Below are positions 13,274-26,620 of a stretch of 64,000 bases of DNA, in pieces. The translations under genes and the position numbers were made by a program. Each line of letters starts with the position of its first letter. The first letter of the stretch is position 1. The stretch lies in NCBI RefSeq assembly GCF_009914755.1, contig NC_060935.1. One strand, written 5' to 3'. The stretch comes from the human T2T-CHM13v2.0 reference genome, Homo sapiens. The notes beneath the pieces were generated by a model that had not been told where the DNA came from, did no database searches, and saw only the letters and a program-made list of their open reading frames with translations.

Positions 13274-13589
13274 GTAATTTGAAAAGGTCTTCATGATATT
13301 TTGGCTCTAGAAGAGACTTGGTAGAACTCATTGTTCTCATTTTCCTTAGAAGAGAATTGACTGTGTCTTTTCATACTTTTCCTCATTTAGGAGTTCATAA
13401 CTTCACCAAATTTTTTGATTGCCTAATACTTCTTGGGTGTAGCCCTGCGTTTTTCCCAGTACAAAGAGGAAATGTCAAGGCCCAGAGATACGGAATAGAT
13501 TTAACAGTTAAATCTGGCTGTAAAATCAGGATTCATACTCACTTTCTTTTTAATAGTTCACTTTGCCTGATTATACTTTATTTGTACAG

Positions 13590-13738
13590 ATATGTAGAAG
13601 CTTTACGAGCCCAAATCCAGGAGAAAATGCAGCTGTATAATATTACTTTACCTCCACTATGCTGTTGTGGTCCTGATTTTTGGGATGCTCATCCTGATAC
13701 CTGTGCCAACAACTGTATTTTCTATAAAAACCACAGAG
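13590..13738 (+). CDS. CCDC15: CCDC15 penultimate coding exon (YVEALRAQIQEKMQLYNITLPPLCCCGPDFWDAHPDTCANNCIFYKNHR)
   Basis: tgtacag acceptor, g|gtaagt donor; 149 nt; phase matches both neighbouring exons. Confidence 0.92.
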
Positions 13739-14691
13739 GTAAGTTTCTTGAAGGAATAGTCAGGGCCTAATGGCAACAAGAAAAATAAATAAGAGTAGTG
13801 GTAATAGTAATTTACCATTTATTGAGTGCTTACTATGTATCAGAGACTGTTATAAACCCTTTACAAAATAACTATATGAGGCAGTGAAAAAATTATAATG
13901 AGTTATATTTCTCTTTGAGATCTGTTATCTTCTTGTCTCCATTTATGCTGGGGAAATATTTTCAGCTCATTCTACTGTAGGAGGTCTTGAGTTTCAGGTC
14001 CTTTAACTGAAGACTATTAGAATTTGCCTTTTATGTAAGTTAGGACTCTATCCAGTTGAATTCCCTATTACTCAAATACTTTAATGGTATGTAACATGGA
14101 TGTATTACCATATATATCCACATTAGATTGCTAGTTCTGCCAGGAGGCACTGAGAAAAATAAGAAACAGTATAAACTCTATCAGGAGTCCCAGCTAGAGA
14201 AAACTTAGTCCTTCATATTGTCATTAATATTTCTGTTTCCTATCCATCCTTAAATATATTGATTTATATAGTATAAAGATTATGTAGCCCTCATGTATAC
14301 ACTAGGAATACTGCCAGTATATATATTCCTAGTGCTTCATCTGTATAATACAAGTTTCTTATCAGCTTTATTTTAAAAAACACAAATCTAATTATGCCAT
14401 TTCCCTATTCTAAAACCTCTAGGGCTACCCACTGCAGTATAAGATGCATGGCATGTTTGGTATATTTTCTCTCTGGCTCTGGGCCCTCCTACTCTAGCCT
14501 TATCAAAGTTGCTATTCCCAGTATGTGCCATATTGTTTACTCCTTTTGCACCTCACACTCAGTTCTCTGTGTTCTTTCTTTTACTCTTGTTATTTCTTCA
14601 TAACTCGTCTTAAGTGTTAACCACTTCTGGGAATCTTTGCCATCCTGTCCTAGGTAGTTGTGCATTCATTCCCAACTTCATTCTATGATGA

Positions 14692-15008
<317 letters not shown>

Positions 15009-15261
15009 TATGATGACATTTTGTATATACCTTTGGTTTGGAAGTATTACATGGCAACTTAATTATTTTTGTGTCCATACTCTTTATTATTTTTTCTGTC
15101 CTCACAGAGTACTTGTCATATAGTAAGTACTGAATAAATATTTATTCAATAGATAGTTACTTGTAAGACTCTTGGTAGAGAAGCAGTACTAATAAGATAG
15201 AGGCTGGTAGAGTTGTTTAGAATTTGACTTTATTCATTGCTGTGCAAACCTTTTTTTGCAG

Positions 15262-15383
15262 CATATACTCGGGCACTACATTCATTCATCAATTCCTGTG
15301 ATGTCCCTGGGGGTAATTCAACTCTTCGAGTCGCAATTCATAATTTTGCTTCTGCACACAGGCGGACTTTGAAAAATCTATAA
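15262..15383 (+). CDS. CCDC15: CCDC15 terminal coding exon (AYTRALHSFINSCDVPGGNSTLRVAIHNFASAHRRTLKNL*)
   Basis: tttttttgcag acceptor; in frame; tandem taa taa stop. Confidence 0.92.
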
Positions 15384-16134
15384 TAAGAATCTGAAATTAA
15401 CTGGTAGTATTTTGGCTTTTACTTAAAATCATCCCTGAGAGAGTATTTAAGAAAAGCTGTTCAAGTTATAAAATATATAATCTGGAAAGAAATACTGTCT
15501 CATATGATAATTAGATTGTAATCATTGTTTTAATCTCTGTCTGGGAACCAAGATTGAAAGCTGACTTACTTCTCTCTTCTTTCTTGTGAACCATACGGAG
15601 CCTATTATTTTAAAATATGATCAGACAAGTAAGGCTTCTCTTACTTTGCTCTGCTCTGATCAGAAGAGCTCATGTGAAGTCTTTGAGATTCTCTTATTTA
15701 TCATCTTTCTAAAACTGTGTTTTTGAGCTTGACAGTACTGAAAATGTCTGGATGAAGCAGAAAAGAAAGTGATGAAATGTGTTTCTGAGCATCAGAGACC
15801 ATCTATATTGCCATTACCTTTTCTAGTTGTATATAAGAATTCAAGATTAGAAGAATTTAGATTTGTTGCACATTTTTTTCCTCAGCATTTTTTCCTCTTG
15901 TTTTTTAAAATGTATTGCCTCTTTCCCCATTCAGTGACACTGGACATAGGAATTTTTAATTGTGTAATTTTCTGTTGCAAAAAGGGTAAATAAATCCTTT
16001 GTCTTTTGAATATCTTCTATGTGAAATAATTGTGAGTGACATTTGAAAAAGTGAATCTGAAGTCAAAGTGAGTAAATTCCTTATTTCCCTATTTTTTAAA
16101 AACCTGGTATATGACATGGCTACAGGGCAAATGA

Positions 16135-16140
16135 AATAAA
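16135..16140 (+). terminator. Probable CCDC15 polyadenylation signal
   Basis: AATAAA about 750 nt after the stop, followed by GT/T-rich sequence; a second AATAAA at 15989-15994. Confidence 0.6.
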
Positions 16141-16599
16141 AATTGCCATAGTTGGTATGAATTTGTTATTTCCTTGCAGTTTTTCCTGATACAAAATATG
16201 AAAAGGTTTAATATTATGAATTGGAGATACATACTAACAGTTTCTTTTTTCTACTTTCTCTAACGTACAGTGCTGAAGAAGCACTTAGGTTTGTGCTCAA
16301 AAAAAAAAAAAAAAAAAAAAAAGCCTAAACATCTAGCCAAGGCTTTGAAAATAATTAGAATTACATGAACAAGATTGAATAGTTATGCAACCAGATTACC
16401 TAGTTCAGCCAAAATCCTTGAAGTAATTATAACTTGATTCAGCCTTTAAGTGTTGTATTTTTTAACAGCTCTATTGAGATATCATTCACATATTATATAT
16501 AATTGACACATTTAAGGTGTATAATTCAGTGGTTTTTAGTATATTCACTGGTTGTGCAACCATCACCACTATAAAATGTTCACTCTAAAAAGAAGCCCC

Positions 16600-17127
16600 C
16601 ATGATCCAGCAATCTCATTTCGAGGTATATCTCCAAAAGAATTGAAAGTAGGATCTCAAACAGATACTTGCACACCCATGTTTATAGTGGCATTATTAAT
16701 AATAGCCAAGGTGGAAGCAACTCAAATGTTCATCAATGGATAAATAGTAAATAATATGTGGTATATACAATAAAATATTCAGTCTTAAAAAGGAAGGAAA
16801 TCCTGTCACACACTGCAACATTATGCTAAGTGAAAAAAGCAGTCACAAAAGGACAAATACTGTCATATGCAGTACTTTAGGTAGTCAAATTAATAGAGAC
16901 AGAAAGTAAAATAGTGGTTGCTAGCAGCTGGAATTAGGAGGATGTGGAGAGCTTTGTTTAATGAGTATAGAGTTGCAGTTTTGCAGGATGAAATGGCTCT
17001 GGAGATCTGTTTCACAACAATGTAAGTATACTTAACACTACTGAACTGCACACTTAAAAATGGTTACAATGGTACATTTTAGGTTATGTGTTTTTACCAC
17101 AATTAAAAATTTTAAAAATAGAAAATA
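16600..17127 (+). mobile_element. Nested L1MB/MC 3' fragment, sense orientation
   Basis: HDPAI..GISPKELK..TDTCTPMFIVAL peptide, A-rich tail; TSD-like aaaagaagcccccat/aaaggaatcccccat. Confidence 0.75.
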
Positions 17128-17560
17128 AAGGAATCCCCCATACCCATTAGTAGCCACTCCCCATTTTCTCTCCCAAAATGCACCTCCAACCATAGGCAAT
17201 CACTAATTACTTTCTGTCCTATAGATTGGCCTGTTGTGGACTTTTCATGTAAATGGAATATATCATATGTGATTAGATTTTTTCATTTAACATGTTTTCA
17301 AACATCTATCTTGTAGCATGTATCAGTACTTCATTGCTTTTTATTGCTGAATAGTACTTTATTCTATGGATATACCACATTTTATTTATCCATATATCAG
17401 TTGACAGACATTTGAATTGTTTCTACCTCTTGGCTATTATGAACACTGCTATGACCATTTATTTGCAAGTTTTTCTGTAGACGTATGTTTTCATTTCTTT
17501 TGGATATATACCTGGGAGTGGAATTACTGGGTCTTCTGTCAGCTCTGTTTAACCTTTTGA

Positions 17561-18188
<628 letters not shown>

Positions 18189-19967
18189 AGGTTTCTTACC
18201 ATATATATGATTTGCAAATATTTTGTGCCATTCTGGGGATTGTCTTTTTACTTTCTCTATGATTTTCTTTGCAGCACAAAAGTTTTAAATTTTGACAAAG
18301 TCCATTTTATTTACTTTTTCTTTTGTGGTTTGTGCTTCTGTTGTCTTGTCTAAGAAACCATTACCTAATTCAGGGCCACAAATATTTACTCCTAAGTGGT
18401 CCTCTAAAAGTCGTATAGTTTTAGCTCTTATATTTAGGTCTGTGATCCATTTTGAGTAAGTTTTTCATACGGTGTTAGGTAGTGTTCCAACGTCATTCTT
18501 TTGTATATGGATAACAAGGATCCCAACACTGTTTGTTGAAAAAGACTATTATTTGCCCCATAAGATTGACAATACACATGAACTTCTATTTCTGAACTCT
18601 CAATTGTGTTCCATTGATTTATATGTTTTACCTTATGCCAGTGCAATCTGTCTTGATTACTGTAGCTTTGTAGTAAATTTTGAAGTTTGGAAGTGTGAGG
18701 CTTCCAACTTTGTGCTTTTTCAAGATTGTTTTGCTCTTCTGAGTCGGTTGCATTTTTGTATGAATTTTAAGATCACCTTCCTGCAAAAAGCTGGCTGAGA
18801 TTCTGATAAGGATTGCCTTCAATCTATTGATGAATTTGGGGACTATTGCCATCTAACTTATGAACATAGGATGTCTGCCCATTCATTTAGATTTTCTTTC
18901 ATTTCCTTCAACAATGTTTTATAGTTTTCGAAGCATAACATTTGCATTTATTTTGTTAGGTTTATTTCTAAGTATTTTATTCTTTGATGCTCTTATAAAT
19001 TGAATTGTTTTCTTGCAGATTGTTTATCACAGGTATAAAGAAATACAGTTGACTTTTTTGCATTTATTAATAGTTTTTTAGAGAAAACCTTAGGATTTTG
19101 TATATATAAGATCTTGTCATCTATAAATAGCCTTTTATTTCTTTTCCTTGCCTAATTGCCCTGGCTGGAATATCCAGTACAATGTTTCATAGAAATGGCA
19201 AAGTGGACATCCTTATCCTGTTTCTGATTTTAAGTGGGAAGCATTTAGTCCTTCACCACTATATAGGATGTTAACTGTGGGTGTCCTTTTTCAAGTTGAG
19301 GAAGTTTCTCTCTATTACTAGTTTGTTGAGTGTTTTTGTTATGGAAAGGTGTTGGATTTTGTCAAATGCTGTGTCTGCATTTATTATTATCATGTATTCT
19401 TTGTCCTTTTTTTCTGTTAATATGCTGTGTTACATTGTTTTCAGGTGTTAAATTACTTTGCATTACCAGGATAAGTTGTATTGGTTTTTATTTGTTTCTT
19501 TCTTTCTTTGGTCTTATAAAACAATTTTATTTTGCTCGTTTGATTCTACTATTTTTTTTTTGGTTTGGTAATCTGAAACAGGTGAATTGACTTGTTTGAC
19601 ATCAAATTAGTAGTAGAATTATGATGGGATTAGATCTTGCATTGGATTAGGAGACTTTCAAGTCTTCTTTTAGCCTATGAATATAAATTTCATCTGAGAA
19701 TGTGTGTGCTTTTACATTATAATTTGGTTATATGTAGACAATGTCTAATGATTTATGTTTGTGGAGTTAGAGAATGCTGAGTAGCAGCTACCAACGAGGA
19801 AGACTGAGTCTCATGACCCTTTGTGATAGTAGTATGGTGAATCCTGTTTGGATTGGATCAGTGTACTTTGGAAAAGAGCCTGGAATCTTAAGTGGTTTTT
19901 TTTGTTTGTTTGTTTGTTTTTTTAGTTTACAAGTTTGTGAAATCAGAGTTGTATAGACATATTCCAC

Positions 19968-21037
19968 TGTTGCGGGAAGTCAGGGACCCCAAACGGAGGG
20001 ACCGGCTGAAGCCATGGCAGAAGAACACGGATTGTGAAGATTTCATGGACATTTATTAGTTCCCCAAATTAATACTTTTATAATTTCTTATGCCTGTCTT
20101 TACTGCAGTCTCTAAACATAAATTGTAAAGATTTCATGGACACTTATCACTTCCCCAGTCAATACCCTTGTGATTTCCTATGCCTGTGTTTACTTTAATC
20201 TCTTAATCCTATCAGCTGAGGAGGATGTTTGTCGCCTCAGGACCCTATAATAATTGCATTAACTGCACAAATTGTACAGCATGTGTGTTTGAGCAATATG
20301 AAATGTGGGCACCTTGAAAAAAGAACAGGATAACAGCAATTGTTCAGGGAATAAGAGAGATAACCTTAAACTCTGACCGCTGGTGAGCTGGGCGGAACAG
20401 AGCCATATTTCTCTTCTTTCAAAAGCAAATGGGAGAAATATTGCTGAATTCCTTTTCTCAGCAAGGAACATCCCTGAGAAAGAGAATGTGCACCTGGGGG
20501 TGGGTCTCTGAACTGGCCCCCCTGGGTGTGGCCATCTCTTATGGTCGAAACTGCAGGGGTGAAATAGACCCCAGTCTCCCATAGTGCTCCCAGGCTTATT
20601 AGGAAGAGGAAATTCCTGCCTAATAAATTTTGGTCAGACTGGTTGATCTCAAAACCCTGTCTCCTGATAAGATGTTATCAATGACAGTGGTGCCTGAAAC
20701 TTCATTAGCAATTTTAATTTTGCCCCAGTCCTGTGGTCCTGTGATCTCCCCCTGCCTCCACTTGCCTTGTGATATTCTATTACCTTGTAAAGTACTTGAT
20801 GTCTGTGACCCACACCTATTTGCACACTCCCTCCCCTTTTGAAAATCCCTAATAAAAACTTGCTGGTTTTTGTGGCTTATGGGGCATCACGGAACCTACC
20901 AACATGTGATGTCTCCCCCAGATGCCCAGCTTTAAAATTTCTGTCTTTTGTACTCTGTCCCTTTATTTCTCAAGCTGGCCGATGCTTAAGGAAAATAGAA
21001 AAGAACCTACGTGAATATTGGGGCAGGTTCCCCGATA
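19968..21037 (+). mobile_element. MER11 (HERV-K11/HML-8) solo LTR, probably MER11C by length
   Basis: Starts tgttgcgggaagtcagggacccc, ends ttccccgata; 1070 bp; 6-bp TSD ttccac/ttctac. Confidence 0.9.
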
Positions 21038-21319
21038 TTCTACCGATTTTCTAGATTAGTAGGGGCCTGTAAGAAAGAAGAGGTGAAGATAGGAACTGAG
21101 CCGAAATGAGTAGATTTTGATTTGGGTGGTAGGAGTGTGAGGGACAGGATTAAATTTGCATCCTCAATTTCAAACAGGGTAAATGGCAGGCATTTCAATT
21201 GAAAAATGATTAAGTAAGAATGAACATTTCCTCGATGACTGTTTACATCTTACTCAAACTTTCCTCAAACTTCCTATAGGTTTTTCCTTACTTTCACTAC
21301 CAGTTGGTGGCAGTACTTC

Positions 21320-23575
21320 CTGTGCCACTGAAAAAATAAGCAATCAAAAGGAAACTTCACAAGTTTCCACCATTATACCTACCCATCTACTTGCATCTTT
21401 TAATTCCTGTTAATGTGGATGAACTGTTTGTTCTCCTATCTTAGGCCTACCCTGACATGTGGCTAGATCCAATTCCTTCCCACCTACTCAAGGACATTTC
21501 TTCAGCATTTCTTCCCCTTCTTTTCTGCATCATCAGTTTTTCTCCTGTATACAAGAGTATTGCTATCAGTTTATAAACATGTTGTAATTTTGCCCATCTT
21601 AAAAACCAACCAACTAGAAAAAAAAGAAGAGAGGAGGAAAAAAACACCTCTATCCCACATCTTCCTTCAGCTGCCACTGAACTTCTCTGCTTCCCTTTAT
21701 AACAAAAATCCTTGAGTTGTACATATTTGCTGCTCCTATTCCTCTCCTCACATTCTCTCAGATGCATTTTAGTGAGACTGTTTGCCTTTACCTCTCTAAT
21801 AAAAGTACTCTTATTAAAGTCACCCAAAACTTCCACATTGCTAAATCTAATGGTCATTCTCAGACTCCATCTTACTGTCTTACTTACTTGCTTACTGTCT
21901 TACCGACTTATCTGTCAACAGAATTAAACAATTGATCAATCTTTTTTTTTCTGAAGTACCTTATTACCTGGTTCCCCCAACACTAGAGCTTTTTATTTTT
22001 CTTCCAACTACAACTGGCTATTGCTTCTTAGGTTTTGTTATTGTTGTTGTTGTTGTTTTTTGCTGTTTCTCCCCCATCTTCAATCCCTTAATATTGGAGT
22101 ATCCTGGGGCTCAGTCCTTGGACTTCTTTTCTGCCTTGCTTTTCGCTTGCTCTTTTGGTGATCTCTTCTTATCTCATGGTTTTAAATATCATCTAAATAC
22201 TGATAGCTCTCAAATTTATATATCTGGTCCACAGCTGTCTCTAACCTTCAGACTCATCTAACCCTGACTGCCTACTTGACATTTAGTTTTTCACAGATTT
22301 GCTCCTCCCACAGTCTTCCTCATATCAGTTAATAGCAGTTGCATCTTTCTAGTTATTGAGGCCAAAAATCTCATGGAAATCATTGACTCCCACCTCCGCT
22401 GCTCATCTTTCATCACTCACTCCATCAGCAAATCATTTCAGTTCTACCTTCATAATAGATCTGCAGTTCTCATGACTCCCTTTGCCATATGCCTGACCCA
22501 CCCACCGTTCTCTCTCTCATGGATTATTGTAAGAGTTTCGCAAGTAATCTTCCTGTTTGCACCTTATGTATTTTCTCAGTACAGCTACCATACTTAATAT
22601 TAATGTATCCCAAAACCAACCTTCTGATCTCTATCATTGCACACTCACCAATAAAACTAACCAACACAAAAATGTTTTCCTTACTATAGTCTTCCCCTTC
22701 TCAGTAAACAACAACTCCATCCGCTGTTTCTTCTGTCCAAAAAAAAGTGTGAAGTCAACCTTCATTCTTTTCTTAAACAACCCATATTCAATCCTTATTG
22801 GATCCACCTTGAAAGTATACTCAAAACGCAATTATTTTTCAATGCCTTCCCCACTACAACCCTGGTCCAAGTCATCATATCTCATCTGAGTTCTTGCAAT
22901 AGCTCCCAAGTTGGTTTTCTTGCTTCCATACTTCCTCCTATAAACTGCTCTTAGCACAGCAGCCAAAGCAGTGAAAATAATTAAGCTCATGCCACTTCTC
23001 TGTCGAAGCCTCCTTTGGCTATGCGTTTTGCTCAGGGAAAGCTGGATCCCTTACAATGTTGTACAGGCCCTACACAATCTGATCCCTGTTACTTCTGAGG
23101 CTTTATCTCCAAGTGCCCTTCTCCTCGCTCACTCTACTCAGCCACACTGACTTTATTCTTCCGTGAACATTCTAGGGACACTTTTACTTCAGGGCTTTTT
23201 CATTCGTTGTTTGCCTGGAGACACGTCTTCCTTAGAAAATGTTTGGCCACTTCCTTACCTCCTTCAAATCTTTGCTCAAATATGGCTTATCAGAGGGCCT
23301 TCCTTGACCATCCTATTTTTAAATGCAGTCTTCCCCCTGGCCCCCAAACACAGGTACTCTATATCCCCTTTCCTTTCTTTTTCCTCATGACACTTATAGC
23401 TGTATGACATACTATATATTTTGCTAATGTTTATTTTCCCTATGTCCCCACTAATTTGTATATTTTGTGAGGACAGAGATTCTTGTCTCTTTGTTTAATG
23501 CTGCAGCCTCAGTTCTTAAGGCTATGCCTGGTGTGTAATAGGCTCTCAATAAGTATTTGTTAAATGAGTCAATAC
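21320..23575 (+). mobile_element. L2 fragments, at least two overlapping copies
   Basis: L2 phrases (aaatctaatggtcattctcag, catggttttaaatatcatcta) and 3' end ctcaataagtatttgttaaatga; one consensus segment appears twice, about 22300-22590 and 22680-22960. Confidence 0.75.
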
Positions 23576-24999
23576 ATTTGTCTTTAAAACATTCCAAATA
23601 TTTCTACATGATTAGTACTTTTACCTAATGTGCTATTTACTAAAAAGGTTATTAGGAATCATTTTCGTTTGTTTTCCAGGTTTTCATTGCCATTGTGATT
23701 TGGAACAAATAATTTGATTTCTCTGGGCAGCACTTTCCTCTTTTGTAAAATAAGAGGGTTATACTAAGTGGCCTCCATCTACCCTATAGTTCTAACATTC
23801 TAGGAATTTATTATTTGTTTTGTACTTTTGACCTCACTGTTTCTCATTTTTCAGTTCATTCGCTGTTCATGCCGAGGTGTGGAGTAATGGTAGGTTTTAC
23901 TTGTGGACAGTGAGATAAGGGTGGAACAAGTTTATTCTCCTCTACTGTAACTCCAGGATTGATTGTGTTGTCTGAGTAGATGCAATTTCTATAGGTCAAA
24001 GTAGAATAGAAGGGCAGAACAGAGGGCTACAGGAGCATATGGACATGAGCCCAGCAAGAGAGGCACAACCCCATGAAAGCTTAGCTTTAGCTCTTACCTA
24101 GAAGGGAACTTTATTAATTTCCAGAACCCATGGCAAGAGGTGGAAATGTGTATGTGATAGAGGCAATTCAAGGATTATGGTAGTAGCAGGGGATATACAT
24201 GCTGTACTTTTCCTATAATAACCATCAGAAAGCATGTATGACGTGTTTTCCTAGGCATGCAACGTGAAACAGCTTGCTCCAGTTGCTTTGACTTAGTAAA
24301 CTTCTGTGTCCTCTCCCTTCCATTGTTCCTGGATATTACTTAATTGTCCAGGCCTCACCCTTACCTATTTAACACTTTTATGATGGGCAGTCAACAACTT
24401 TATTGATGACCTACTGGGTACAGAGGCTAGAAACTCTTGCTTTTATATCTTCTAGACATTTAAGATTTGATAAAGGAGGCAGCAGGTATTGTTTTTCTGT
24501 GTTTATTTACTTAGATTCTGTTTTTAGAATTAAAATATGTCCTTCAGTTTCTCTCTGAGTGTGGTGAGCATAATTTACTTGTGCCCCATCTTAAACATTT
24601 TTTCATGCTTCTTAGAAAAAAAGTTTGGGAGATTGGAACTGTTATAAGGAAGACAAAAGCAAATAGCCACCTGGCTTGCTGGACCCATTCTGTTGGGTGA
24701 AAGACTTTAAATATGTTGGTTCAGATTTTTATAGCTCTCTTAAGGTGGAAATGAAGGGTCCATCTCTGGTCTTGTTCTCTGTATTACTGACCACTATTTG
24801 AGGTGGGCTGTATGGAAGCTGTCTAACATAGGTCACATGCTGCCAAGGAGAAGCCAAAGTGATTCCTTTTGATTAAGACAACATGGTGTTGTACCACATG
24901 AGTTATCTTATGCAGGCTCCAAGATGAGCTTACTTCTTTTAGAAGTTACCACTCAATTCTTGTCATAGATTCTACCCATGCTCAGATGCCTACAGCAAT

Positions 25000-25820
25000 A
25001 ATTAATGGATGAACTTATTAAACATGGTCATCTGATGTAATGCAATATGAAGCATGCAGTGCCTTCTGTAAAGTATTTTTGCCAAATAAAAGGTCGAAAC
25101 TAAATGTAATCAAACCTGTCAGTCTTTCTCACTTGGTTATTGGGAGAAAAGCCCTAATGTTCTAAGGAATTCATTGTATATAATAAATTAACTTCTCTCC
25201 TGTTGATCTAGAATGGTACTAGTTATTTATGAACCATCTTTGAGGGAATTAAGAACATAATCACTCAAACTAATTTCTGGTTTAGATGATGATAATATGT
25301 AAAGAGAAAAGCCGTGAGGATTCCACTTATAGGAAATACAAGGAAACAAGTTAGATTATGCCACGAAGAAGCAGAAATCCAGAATATGGGTCATTTTGTA
25401 GGAAAATTGAGCCAATTTCTTTAGCAAGTTAAGAGCTTGAATTTTAAAAATGAGGAGATGGCTCTAGACAAACTTATAGAGTTAGCAACCACTAAATATA
25501 ATGTATGGACCTTGTTTGGATCCTGATGTGAAGAAACAGTCTGAAAAAATAACTTTGAAGCAATGAGAGGAATTTGAATAGAATCTAAGTGATTCATTTT
25601 GTTAGGTAAGTCGACAGCATTGTGGTTATATACAAGAAATATACAGAGATGGCTACTGAAGTATATAGGGATGAAATTATGTTTGAGATTTACTTTAAAA
25701 TAATTCAGTATAGATGAAGTGAGTGTGGCCAAAGCTTGACAATAGTGAATCTAGGTGACAGGTTTGTGGAGTTTCATCATGCTATTCTCTATTTTTGTGT
25801 ATGTTTGAATTTTTTTAAGT
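25000..25820 (+). mobile_element. L1MC/L1ME 3' UTR fragments
   Basis: aatgtatggaccttgtttggatcctgat ... ctctatttttgtgtatgtttgaattttt. Confidence 0.6.
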
Positions 25821-26394
25821 TATTTACTTCAAAAAACTTAAACCTGAAATAATTTTGTTGACAGTATAACTGTCTTCCTTTTCACTCTCCCAAATATTAG
25901 GAGATTTGGATGAGAAAGTAGTTCTGGGACTTCTGACATAGTTATTATTAGGTGGTGACTAGAACCTAGAGGCTGCAGTGTTTTGTGGCCTTTCTATAAG
26001 AAAGACTGATTAAATAGAATTTAGGTTTATTCCAGAGACCAGAAGCTCCCTAGCATAGCTCACACCCTAAGTAATTAGATAGGCACCTAGCTACCTGGTT
26101 TTATAAACTATAACTAGTGAATTCCCAGGCATATAAAAGTTGAGAAATCAGGGATGAAAGACCATGGAGAACATTAATGACAGAAAGAACGAAATGGTAA
26201 TTTTGTAAATAAAAGCAGTTTTGAAACCTTAGGGTGAATTGGGGGTAAGAGAGAATATGTGGTTCAATTCAGAGATAGTAAAAGTCCTTTATATTTCTCT
26301 CTTCCCTCTGAACAGAGTCTGTAGAGATTGAAAAATTGCTCTTTGTTGTCAACTTTTTCTTGCTGTCTTCAAAGGCCCTGTTTCTGTGGGATAG

Positions 26395-26620
26395 TTTGTA
26401 GTGGTTAGGATTGTGTGTTCACAGTTTAAATTCTGGTTTTATCACATATCAACCATGTGACCTTAAGCCAGTTATTAATATTTAGGTCTGAGCCTCAGTT
26501 TTATCATCTGCAAATTGAGAATAGTAATAGTACTTACTTCACAGAATTGTGGTGAGAATTCCATGAGATAGTAGTTAGCATAGTGCTTGGCACATGATAA
26601 GTACAGGAAGTGTTGGAAAC
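26395..26620 (+). mobile_element. MIR
   Basis: Core tgtgaccttaagc..tctgagcctcagttttatcatctgcaaa. Confidence 0.75.
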
